NCBI GenBank assembly: GCA_030770535.1
Contig: JASVEC010000012.1
Coordinates: 310,001 to 374,000, forward strand
Direction: 5' to 3'
From: Batkoa obscura
Taxonomy: Eukaryota
DNA length: 64,000 nt
This document shows, piece by piece, positions 25,961 to 37,916 of this stretch. Position 1 is the first letter of the stretch, and each line of letters opens with the position of its first letter. A model generated the notes under the pieces. The model was not told the DNA's origin, made no database searches, and saw only the letters and a list, made by a program, of their open reading frames with translations. The position numbers and the translations under genes are program-made.

Positions 25961-26720
25961 TTATAATTTTAACCAGCTTAGCATTGGAATATTCTTAATT
26001 TTTTCACGAGTAGCATCATCCATATCAATATAATTTGCATTAAGTAATAGCAGAATAGTAAACTTATAGCCACGACTTCCTTTAATATTAATAACTTTAG
26101 AATCCTTAATAATCAATATCTTAATATTGGGGAAAAAGAAAAGGGAACAAAGGAAATCTTCAAAAGCAACATGAAGTTCATTGATCTTAAGATAGTTAAC
26201 CGTTTTACACTTTATTGGATTATGTTTTCTAAGATGAAGTTTGTTCTTACCTAACTTATATTTATCAAATAGCTCAGCATCAATATCAAAAAGCCAAAGA
26301 TTAAAATGAACTTGAACATTTAACAAGAATGAGTTGAACGTACTAAATCCAATGATATGTAATTAAAATAGTCTTTTTAATGTTGATAAATTAAAAGAAA
26401 CATAGCCAACTCACAAACATTGCGAGTTAAAACAACCTAATGTAATAATATTACTATTTTCAATTAATTTCATATAATCATAATCACTATCATTTGAAAT
26501 AAAAAGACCAAGGTAATCTATTAATCTTATACTTGAAATTGCTTCAAATTTCCAAAATATTCAGCCCCAAATTTAAATCTCCCTTTGATTTCTAAATTTA
26601 TACAAGTGAAATCGGTAATATAATCATCTGGAATAAAATCTTTAACACATAGATGTTGGATTATGTATTAATACGTGTTTTTAGGCATTGGCTTTGGCGC
26701 GGAATACGTATTGATACATG
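25961..26720 (-). pseudogene. Truncated paralogue of the F-box-like gene at 27929-29461
   Basis: KHNPIKCKTV...LHVAFEDFL...FFFPNIK...MDDATREKIKNI aligns with the 27929-28420 region; upstream part has stops. Confidence 0.65.
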
Positions 26721-27262
26721 ATTCTAAGTTAAGTAAAACATCCAGAAACCCAAAATCACATTCGATTGGTTAATTTTTTTGGCTGTAAAGCTAGTTTTTT
26801 TTAGAATTAATTAAGTCATTCTTATTGTGATTGGCTAAAATAACCTAAACAGAAATAGTATTAGCTAACCTTAATAGTTACTATAATTAGAATCTCTTTT
26901 AATTTAAAAGATCAGTCAACTTTAAATCGAAATATTAAATTAAAAATAATAATTAAATCTCTATTTAAATTAAATATACTTTAACATAATAATAAACTAT
27001 TTTACTCTCATATACTTTATAGAATATATGAACATATAATTATTAAATAAAGTAAAAATATTTTTAAAATCTAACATAAAATAATATTATTTTATACTAT
27101 TTTATTCTTATATTGATAAATTGTAATTATTGATTAAATATTATCCCTCTGAAAACTGGCTTATTATAAATGACTTTTTATCAAAGTTTTTTTTAAAATT
27201 AAAATAACTCACTCTAAAGTTCAATTTTCTAAAAAATGTCCAACGTTAATATATCCATATAT

Positions 27263-27359
27263 GAGGACGTATTTTTTTGTTTAAGAATTTTACTAACAAT
27301 CTTTCCGCTCAAATAGTGCTTAAAATGGAAAAAGTAATGAAACCAAAAAAAATATCTTC
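27263..27359 (+). mobile_element. MITE family A copy
   Basis: ATAT TSD. Confidence 0.95.
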
Positions 27360-27928
27360 ATATTAAACTTCTAATTAATAGTAAAATTAATCCCATCTTT
27401 GCTTTCCCATTAATTTTCTTCGTTATAGCTAGGTTATACAAGACATAAGTAAAGGTTATAAAGGAAAAGCTTATAAAGATAAAACATGTTGAAGCCAAAT
27501 ATAAACACTTATTTGAGTTTGAGTTTGAGTTTAAATTTTTTCTTTAATTAATATCTTTATTTACACACTTGCTTTTATTTTAAGGAATAAACCAGTTGGT
27601 GCTTCGGACTCTCAAGGTACATAAAAATAATAATTTATTCTAACGTTGGATGTTCATCTTAAATACATAACTATTTGATGAAACTTCTTTTGTATTTATA
27701 ATTCAAGTAGTTCTTTATATTTTTCAAAATTAAGTATCTATTTTAAAGCAGAAGAAGTGATAAACTAATTTATAACACAACTTGTCAATTAGTCTTTATA
27801 ATCATAAAATCAAAACTAAAACACAAGCCAAATTTAAATAAAATACATATATTTATTATAAGTAAAACAAGTTGGAGTAGCAATATTTTTGACTCAATTC
27901 TAGGCTCAAAAAGATACTAAAACACAAT

Positions 27929-29461
27929 TTACTTCAACTCCACCCAACCTGACATAGAGATATTCTCAGTTTCATCACGAGCATCATCATCCATTTCGGC
28001 ATAAGTAGTAATAAATAATAGGTGATTAGTAAGTCTATAATCAACTATCTCTTTAACAATTTTTAGCTTAAAGTGCCTAATCTTTAATAATTGGAGATTA
28101 GGAAAAAAGAATAAAAAACAAAAAATCTTGGAGTGCAACATGGAGACTTCTGGTTTCAAGCTGTCTAATGGATTTACACTTTATCGAATCATGTTTTTCA
28201 TCATACAAATTGGTTTTATATAAATTATGTTTATAAAACAAGGACTTTCAAAGGTCAAAATCATTGATTTTAATATAAACTTAAATGCTTGATGATACAA
28301 AAATTGATTATAATGAATCAAATGGCAAGCAATAAAAATACGCTTCTTTTAATGTTGATAAATTTAAAAATTCATTGTTGACTTATATATCTGAGCTGAA
28401 ATGTCCTAATGTAACTATATTACTATTTTTAAGTACTTTAATGTTGTCTTTTTCGCAAATATCTGATAAGTGAGTAGTATCATCTATTAGTTTTAAGCTT
28501 TTTGATTGCTTTATATCTGCAAGCCAATGAAATCAAAGCCACCATGACGACCTTTATTAACTCTAAATTGGGTGGATGACTTATGGTGGAAGGGTTTATA
28601 TTACCATTATAGCTGTAACCTGAAATATACTTCCATACTTCTAAATTTAAGATTTGTGGTTTACAATGCTTTGCTTTAAGAGTATATAACCCATAAACAC
28701 ACAAAGATCTTCCGGCATAAACTTTCAGGGATCCCAGTTTGGTTGGATTTAAAAATTTCATAGCATATTCAATATACTAATCTCGATCACCAATAAGTTC
28801 AAATGATTCAACTTGCTTTAAATATTTAACAAAGACTCTAAACAGGGTGCCATAGGAAACTGTATGTATAACTATTTTTCTTAATTCTGGAAGTTCAACA
28901 TTTCTTCTACTATTACTCTTTTTATTATTGAAATTATCCCAAGCATCTTTCCAACTATATGAATAGTCAATATATTCCCATTCATAATCCCAATATTCAT
29001 TGTCATCAATACTCAAAGGATCACTAATTTGGCTATGATTACTATCAATATCATCATCCCTATTGTTATCTTCAGTGTTGATAAAAGTTGAAAATCCAGG
29101 TCCTTGTACATAATTTATAGATATCACGTTTGGACAATGTTTTATATATTTCACCATTTTTTCACCATTTTTAAATGCTTCATCAACAATCCATTCTCTT
29201 TAATAAACTTCTTTTGGTAATCAACTTGTCTTTGAGCTACATCTACGATTTCATACTTATGATTAAATCCATCAAATTCACATGGCACATATTCACAAAA
29301 AGTCAAATTGCGCTTGACAACATTATTGGTAATCTTAAAGATATGTTTGTTCAAAAAACAAAGCTCTAGTAACTGTATGGGGTCTATCAATTCAAAAATA
29401 TGCTAAAGTAAGGTTTCAGAAAGATGTTGGAATTTTAGAGGCGTTGTTAAAGTATGGAATA
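27929..29461 (-). pseudogene. F-box/LRR-like pseudogene
   Basis: N-terminal F-box-like FQHLSETLL*HIFELIDPIQLLELCFLNKH; LRR-like segments; several in-frame TAG/TAA; frameshift from an 11-bp duplication at ~29150-29172. Confidence 0.72.
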
Positions 29462-29639
29462 TTATAAAAAGACGATTTACACTTGGATTGTTAACTTTTT
29501 GAGGTTGAAAAGAAAGAAGTTATTTTAAATAGTTTTGATTTATATTTCGAAATGGCTTCTAATTGGCTGACTGATGACCACGTAAAATTTCAATTTTGTG
29601 ACGTTTTATAAAAATCTTATCAAATTTAACTTCATAAAA

Positions 29640-29870
29640 ATAAAGCAAAGTATTATGTATAATAAAATACATCAAAAGAGATAAATAAAAAAGCAGCTTA
29701 ACTTTATATAGGTTTTTAAAAACTACACTAATTAGTTTATATAATTTATCAAGCTACAATATACATACTAAAGACCCTTATTGCAAAGATTGTAAACTAT
29801 GTGAAAGATTAAATAACGGGTGCTAAAAAATAAGTTATTTAGGAAGCTAATAAACTGGGTAAGTTTAACA
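29640..29870 (+). pseudogene. FAM192A/NIP30 relic (exons 1-2)
   Basis: GAAAGATTAAA...GCTAAAAAA...GAAGCTAATAAACTGGGTAAG aligns with 24810-24912. Confidence 0.6.
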
Positions 29871-30935
29871 ACAGGGACAGATATATCTTTTTATCATTGA
29901 GAGATCTAAACACATACGGTGATTCATTAATATACAAGGGCATTGAAATAACTATGGGAGGGTGCAAAAGCCATATGGTAAACGTAACTGTCCAAAGAAG
30001 GCTAGTGCCTTTTTTTACGCCGGTTTTTGATAAAAAATTAAATTTACAGTTTAAAAAAAAGCAAAAATATTTTAAGCATAAAAAACATAACCTTGTCACT
30101 AAAGAAAGGTTTTTATGTAATACATAGTGTATGTTTTATTTAAAATTTTGCTTAAAACTGTAACTGTTTTTTAATTTGACTGGTGCTCTTTTTGGTTAGA
30201 AACTATTTCTCCTAATCAAAAATCAATACAAGAAATAATCCTGCTCTGAGTTTGAACCTTAGCATCCTTAAGATCCTTGTTTTTAATTGTACATCATTTT
30301 GTTGGATCCCTTTTTTTTGAAAAAGATTAATTTGGTAACAATGTTAATGAACTTTGAGTAAAAGTTTCATTCTTTTTTGTTTTTATGTTGATTATTATAT
30401 GTAATAAGAAGCAAATGGACGTAAAATGTATTTTTGAAGTAGGTAGCTAAGACATATCTATATCACTTGGAAAAAAATAGTGGGTTTCAAACATCAATTT
30501 GACTACAGTGGAGTGAGATGAAAAAATGGTTACATACACACTTTAACACAAAAAGGAAACAATAGTAAGCTTGATGTAGTAAGTTGTAGTCGAATTTGTT
30601 TTTAGAATATGAAAATAAATGGATGATGTATTAGGATCGTTTTAAAGATACACTATAGTGGTATCAAAACTATTGTATTGGTATAATGTGATATTAAATG
30701 TTAAAGGATAACAAATGGATAAAACCATATTGATATTTCCGCATAAAAAAGCAATAAGTTTTACTTGATTATTTTGAGATCAAACTTATACATATCACCG
30801 CCTTACTGCTACTACATTATCTATTTATCCCTTCAAAAAAATGAAATTACAAGATACGTTGATTATTAACAAAAACATATATAAGTAAAAAGTAAATTAA
30901 TTGAGAAAGTTAAAAAAAAATATATATATACGATA

Positions 30936-32057
30936 ATGGATGGATTTGAAATTGTAAGAACAATAACATATTACAACACGATTATTTCAATTATTGCAGC
31001 AACTGTTTTGCTTCTTTTCATATTGTTAACAAGCTTACTAAAATTCAAAGCGGCAGAGAGATTAAGCTATAAGTTGTATCTTTGGATATCTGTTTCAGAT
31101 ATCCTGTATAATTTTTTAGCTTTGCTTCATATGCAAGTTTTGATTAATGGAAAAGCCGGAAATGATGAAGCAAAAGTACTTGAACATGATATAAACTTTT
31201 GTATCCTTGTGCCTCATATTGAGCAACTTACTAATGTATGGTTTATCTTCTTAACTACATGTTTGGCTTATAACTTACAGACCGTGTTTTTGAGAAAGAA
31301 ATTATTAAGGATTCAAAATCACTGGATTTACGCTTTAAGCACACTTGGTATTTGCATTATATGTTACATGCCTTCGATTATTTATGGATATATAGTGAAT
31401 GACTGCTACGGCTTAAAAAATTATCATTTAAGACCATGGAGCATTATTTACATGCACGCCGTATTACTTATCCCAATCGCTGTTTGTTGTAGCTATTGCA
31501 CTTATGTGTTTATAAAAACGTATTTAGCTCTAAGAGCCAAAAAAGCAGCTTACAATAATAGTAATGCACAAAGTAATAGCATCAACTTAAATCAACATAT
31601 GGATTTATTAGCTAAAAGGTTAATGAGCTATGCTGTTATCCCATTGGTAACTCAATTTCCGTTTTTTATTGTTACTGAAATGTATACTAATCCTGAAATT
31701 CCAGAAACAGTAGTTGCAGTGTTTTCTAGTGACGTACTAAGTACTTCGGGTGGTTGGTTAAACTTTATTTGTTTTATGTTTGATCCTGCTATTCCACAAA
31801 TCTTGTATGAATATAACTTAAGAAAGTTGAATGGTGTCATATTTCAACCTATTGGTAATAATAGTGACAATAAGGCAGCTTTAAATGGGGGTCATTGGCT
31901 TGCTACTTTAAAACCAGGTTCTCGAACTAAGCGTTCTACTATAGTTCCTCTAACTTCTATCACCACCACCGCTGCTACTATTGGTGATAGTGATGACATT
32001 TATTTAAGTTTATCCGAAGATGACCAAAATACTGCTATTAGAATGAAACAAATGTAA
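30936..32057 (+). CDS. Intronless 7TM GPCR-like protein, 373 aa, paralogue of 23338..24462
   Basis: Collinear over its full length; ~700 bp of upstream DNA is also homologous (about 22640-23337 vs 30270-30935). Confidence 0.85.
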   Translation: MDGFEIVRTITYYNTIISIIAATVLLLFILLTSLLKFKAAERLSYKLYLWISVSDILYNFLALLHMQVLINGKAGNDEAKVLEHDINFCILVPHIEQLTNVWFIFLTTCLAYNLQTVFLRKKLLRIQNHWIYALSTLGICIICYMPSIIYGYIVNDCYGLKNYHLRPWSIIYMHAVLLIPIAVCCSYCTYVFIKTYLALRAKKAAYNNSNAQSNSINLNQHMDLLAKRLMSYAVIPLVTQFPFFIVTEMYTNPEIPETVVAVFSSDVLSTSGGWLNFICFMFDPAIPQILYEYNLRKLNGVIFQPIGNNSDNKAALNGGHWLATLKPGSRTKRSTIVPLTSITTTAATIGDSDDIYLSLSEDDQNTAIRMKQM

Positions 32058-32720
32058 CAGCATCGGTAAATGTTTCTATCCAATTTGTATTTTATATTTT
32101 TTATATTTTTTATATTTTTTATATTTTTTTCTTGTAATAAAAGCAAAAGCTGTAAAGTTAATAAAAGGATCGATCTTAGCCTTTTTAAATTCAAAGATAG
32201 AGAGTCTTTGTGCTTTTATTTATATATTAAAGAAAATGTTGAAGAGATGAGTTATAAAGAGAAATGTAATTGAAGAGCGGTTGTTGCTTATAAAAAGAAG
32301 TGAACTTGTTCGCTATAAACTAGATAAATCTCTAAAAAGCTGTTTTTTATTCTTTTTATTTTATAAAAATTAGTAGGGGATTTAAATAAAGATAAAGGTG
32401 AATCAAGGGCCTGCTTCTTCTTCACTCTTTTTCTCCTATTTTGAATCCTTCAAAAAGGAGGTTGCTTTCCTTACATTTAGACTATAAGGATATGATTTTC
32501 CAAAGGCTCTTCTCTTGCCTTGGTTTCTTCAATCTTTAATTGCTTTTCTCTTACCTTTATCACCTCTATCAATAACAGGTTGAAGGACCTATCTATGTTC
32601 GAATTTTCTCCAGGCTAAATCTAGCATTTCTTCTTTTTGTTTCCTAATAAAAGCACAATGTCTTCGACATTGAATTTAAAATAAATAAATCAAGGAGTTT
32701 AGTACTGACAGGTACAATAT

Positions 32721-32819
32721 GGGGATGTTTTTTTTGGTTTCATCACTTTTTCCACTTTTTAAGCACTATTTGAGCGGAAAGATTGTTAGTAAAATTCTTA
32801 AACAAAAAAATGCACCCCC
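32721..32819 (-). mobile_element. MITE family A copy
   Basis: TSD ATAT/GTAT (one mismatch). Confidence 0.93.
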
Positions 32820-33206
32820 GTATAATCAATAAAAAAATATGAGAATGTGACTTAATGTAACTATTTATTATATATAAAGGCAGACCGAATTTATTGAGTT
32901 TATTAGTTTAATTATATTTTGTATTATAAAGGCATGTCTACATTGTTTTTACATTATATGAAAGACTAAGGAAATAGCAAACTAAAAAAAAGTTATTAAG
33001 AAGCTAATGTACTTGATAATCACGAAAATTTAATAGGTTATAGAAAAATAAAACATAAAATCAATAAAAAGCAGAGTTCACCAATTAAACGAAAATAGAC
33101 CCAAAAATTAGGCTGAGTTTAATAGAAAAGAAAGGAAATCAAGTTAGAAATATAAAAAAAAATAAAGTTTAAAATTAAACTACTAGTTGTGAATTATAGT
33201 TCATAT

Positions 33207-33304
33207 GAGGATGTATTTTTGTGTTTAAGAATTTACTAACAATTTTTCCGCTCAAAGAGTGCTTAAAAAGTGGAAAAAGTAATGAAACCAAAAAAAACAT
33301 TCCC
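33207..33304 (+). mobile_element. MITE family A copy
   Basis: ATAT TSD. Confidence 0.95.
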
Positions 33305-34484
33305 ATATTTTCTTTAAACTGGTAGCTAAAAATAGCATCTTTAAAGTAACAAAACTTGATATTGCTAAATAAATGTCAGCTATGTCTGAATTGAAAAAGT
33401 TGGCAGATAAAAAAACAACATTTTAAAACTAGAAGTTTTAAAAAATTAAAGAAGAATATACCATAAAATCTAGCTTGGTCCAAGTAATTGGACTGGAAGG
33501 ACCACAAAGTAACTTAACAACGTACAAATGATATTGTTAAAAAACAAATTTTATACTTGTAGAAAGTATATAAACAATTGGATTTTTCCCTCTGGGATCT
33601 CTTCTCATTGAAATTTTTATTTATTTATATTCATAAACAAACTATGCCTTTAAACATATTAAGTTGGCTTAGTCAATCTAGTTCAATGTACTTTTATCTT
33701 ATTTTTGTTTAGGAAGGCTTTAAAACTTCCCCTTTTCATTGGTCAAGCATTGAATTTATCTTGCGCTACCTTATACCAACTTTTCAGTTGGTATGTCAAT
33801 GGAATTAAGGGATTCAAAGCTCTTGAGATATATGTATATGTGACTATCACTCAGCTTTATTATCCGATATTCCAGTAACTAACGAAATTATATTGAAAAG
33901 GGCATAAATAGTATATTTAATGTAATTTTTAATTAATTATACTATTGAGCTAGTCAATGAGAAAAGTAAGCCACCCTACATATATTTCCAAAGCTTTCTA
34001 TAATTTAATCATTATTAAAATAAAATGTATTGATATTTTATTAATAACTATTCTAATAACATTTAGAACAAATTTAATTTAATGACAATTTGATTAACCC
34101 TTATTTATATTAACTTATTGTACAATTAGATCAATAGTAATATAGGTATAGTTAAACTCATTAAATTATAGTGGTGTTTACAACAATTATTTTTTATAAT
34201 TTAGCTTAATTTATTTTCATTATCCCTATAAATAATTAAGATAAAAATACAATTGGCATCAAAAAACTGGGCTATTTAAAAAAAGCATAACAAACCTAAA
34301 AAAAAATACCCGTTAGCCAATTTAGTTTAGTCAAAAAAGATAGAAACTTCAAATAGTTAAAATTGATTGGTTGTTTTACTAATTTTCACTCAAGTGAAAC
34401 AAAAAAGGATGAAAAAATAAAAAGATCAAACTTTTTAAATAGTTTTAAAATAAATAGAAATTGAGTAAGTTTAAGAAATTAACT

Positions 34485-36083
34485 ATGGCACTGAGTGAGT
34501 CGTTTTCGAAATATTACTATATCATCAATTAGTTATCAATTTCTTTCTTTATTTTTTTAATTGTTTATTTCTCATTTTATTTTCAATATTTATTTGAATG
34601 AGTTTAATAGGTATTTATTATTATATACTTAGTTTAGTTACATCTTCTAAATAATTCGATTAGATCAACCTGATGGTCAACTTGTTAGTGATGATGGTAT
34701 TATATTAAGTAATACAATTATAAAGGATCAAATGATACCTTGTCCAGGTAACTTAATATTATAATAATAATTGATATCTGTATTGATAATTAAATAGTTA
34801 ATACATCGATGGCATTATATATAATAATATTATGTATATTATCATTTATATGGATTAATTATAGATTTTTAACAACTTATGGTATTAATGATATAAAATC
34901 AATTGGAGTAGGAGTAGTACGAAATATAAGTAGACAAAATAGTAATGAAACAATAGATGAACAAATACAATATAATAATTCAAGTGAAGAGTTTCCAATT
35001 CGAAAAAAAGAAATCAATATCAAACCCTTATTAAGATTGTTTATATTATTATGTTGTAATTTATCTTTAATATTATTAATATTACACTTATTATCTTCAT
35101 TTCATCAAAGTTATTTAAAATGTAAATTAAGGTATTCATGGATATTTCCTTATTTAGAAGATTCTTTTAATCCCCATCCATCTATTAATCGTAATAATCA
35201 TATTGATAGTTTGTTGTTAATTTATTCAAAGGATATTATGATGCAAAATATTTTATATGCTTCTTCTATGTTATTTGATTTTTCTAGGGCTTTTTTAATT
35301 ACTGCTTTAGTTTTATTTATCTTTGATTTTCCAGCTTCAATTTATCGTAGATTACCAACTAATTTATTTAAAACATTTTTATTATCTTGGAGTACTTGGT
35401 TATCAAAATTAGGTTATATTTATGCCCCTTTATCAATATTAGCTATGATATTAATACGTATCTTAGCTTATAATAGTCACAGTTTATATTCTGTATTAAT
35501 ATCTCAATATTTTTTAGATGCAGAATTTATGTCAATTTGTTTAATTATGTTATTTTGTTGCTTTTATTTTTTAAAACGTAAATTTAGAAAAGAGAATGCC
35601 AATTTACCAATAACTGTTCGACAATATTCTAATTCTAATTCTACAATTTATTATAATTCATTAATGCAACCTTTGATATCTAAAGAAAATATCACTAATT
35701 ATATATTAGAAACATTGATTATATTAATTATATTTTGTTTATTACATTCTATTTCTAATGTGTTATTTTATTATAATTTATCCCAATTAAATAATAATAA
35801 CATTTATTCTCCATGGGTATTAAGTTTATTAAATTGGTTTCAATATTTTTCATTACCTTGGATTAATATATTAATTATATTATCAATTTATCCAAGAGAA
35901 GATTTACATTTAAAAAGTCAATTATATATGGAAAGTATGAAACCAATATTAGATAGTAATTTAAGATCTAATTCAAATCAAAATCAATTAATATCAGAAA
36001 CAGTAACTTATATACCTCCACCTAATAATTTATTATTACAACAACATCAAGATCCTATTTCAGAAAAGAGTAGTTTACAATCT

Positions 36084-36134
<51 letters not shown>

Positions 36135-37574
36135 TACAACAATAATAATAATTATAACAATAATAATAATTATAACAATAATAATAATTATAACAATAAT
36201 AATCTTGATAAAATACCTGTAAAAATGGATCATCAAAAATCAGATATATCGGCTGTGGTTCCATTAAAAGAAGCAGAAGATTCTACTCCTCAACTTAATC
36301 CCATATTAAATAATACAAGACAACTTGATTATGAACAAACAGATATATCAACAGATACTACTAATATTAATGGTCAAAAAATATTAGCTGAATCAGATTA
36401 TTATTTAGCAGATTATCAAGAAACTTCAGTATCAGAAATATCTAAAGACAATGATGGGGATACTATACAATATAAACAAAGTAAAGATTCAGGTTATAAT
36501 GAAAATGAAATACAAATAGAAGCCAATATACCAATTTATCATTTATCACAAGAATTAATTGCTAATTCCGATTACACAAGTGAAAGTGAACGCTCCTTTT
36601 TAAATAAAAGTACTGGATTATTACCAAATAATAATAAAGGATTAAATCAAACACCGCCTAGTATTAATGTAATATCCGAACAAGAATCTTTACAAGAAAT
36701 TAATCAAATGTTAAGTGAAATGGAAAGGGGAACTTCTACAAGTACATTACAAGCTTCGTTTTATATGAGAGATTCATTAGATAAAGGTAAAAGAGTTGGA
36801 CAATTAGAAGATATTCAAGATGATGAAGAAGAAGAAGAAGAAATAATGGAACAAAATAAGATTGAAGAAATTAATACTGAAAATACGGAAGAAGTAGGCG
36901 AAGATATAGCTACTACTACGAATACAAATACGAATACAAATACTCCAATGATAGAAAAGAATATAATTAATCAAATTGATCAAGAAGAAATTAAAAAAGA
37001 ACGGGTTAAATCTTATATTGAACAAGTACAAAGAGCAACAAAATTAATGTCTACTGGAGCTGATATGGGGACTACAACATCTACTTCTTTTATTTCAAGT
37101 TTAGATTCTAGTAGTACAGTTGATTCTAATTTACCTAAATTAAATACCAAATTTTCACCTATATTATCTGAAAATGGTAGTAGCTTATTAAGTCCAAATC
37201 AACCAAGACCAACTTCAATGTTTAATAATACTAATTTAAGACCCAATCATAAACGATTAAGTTTAGGATTATCACCAAGACCAATGGGTAATTATGAATC
37301 TTCACCCAATAATTCACCTAGTATATCCAATCCTTACCAAGGTTCTCCATCTACATTTGCTAGTAAAAAAACAAATACACCACCTTTTCAATCTCCTATG
37401 ATATTAAATTTACCTAATGATTCTCCAAGAACTGAATATTCATTGAAAACTACAACGCCATATGTGACCCCTAAGATGAGTGGATTAGGTAATAATCAAA
37501 CTGCATCAAGATCTGCTAATAATTTATTGTTACCAAAATCACCCTTAGTTGAAAGATCAGCATCAGAACAATGA
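34485..37574 (+). CDS. Multi-pass (about 7 TM) membrane protein with a long Asn/Ser/acidic disordered tail, 3 exons
   Basis: 921-aa ORF plus two upstream exons that splice in frame (MALNQPDGQLVSDDG...IPCPVNTSMALY); poly-Asn at 36086-36203. Confidence 0.8.
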
Positions 37575-37852
37575 ACATTAAGTATTTTTTTTAAATATAA
37601 TAAATTTATTAGTATTAATATTATTTTCTTATTTTATATCGTTTTATTTTGTATTTTATTATTGGAGTTAAATAAATAAGAAATAATTAGAAATTTATTT
37701 TAGGTTCTTCAAATAGAAAATGAAAATAATTCATTTAATGGTAATAAATTAGTGGCTAAGAATTTATTACGAATTAAGTAATAGAAATAATTAAGAACAA
37801 AAATAGGATAAAAAAATAAAAAATATTTTTTTTTAAATTTAAAAACAATAGC

Positions 37853-37914
37853 AAAATAAAAATAAAAATAAAAATAAAAATAAAAATAAAAATAAAAATA
37901 AAAATAAAATAAAA
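37853..37914 (+). repeat. (TAAAA)n microsatellite immediately upstream of the GGA start codon
   Basis: About 12 tandem pentamers. Confidence 0.9.
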
Positions 37915-37916
37915 GT

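Larger units (their letters stand above)
32675..33420 (+). pseudogene. FAM192A/NIP30 pseudogene with two MITE insertions
   Basis: Aligns with 24635-25240 (CAAGGAGTTT; AAAGACTAAGG..GAAGCTAATG; TCAAGTTAGAA; TGGTAGCTA..TAAAGTAACAAAACTTGATA). Confidence 0.75.

Noticed and set aside
29839..30127. Two overlapping small ORFs, and the similar 22891-23133 and 32070-32273 ORFs
   Set aside because: No motifs; they lie in duplicated promoter or relic DNA, and the 22891 ORF has no counterpart in the paralogous promoter
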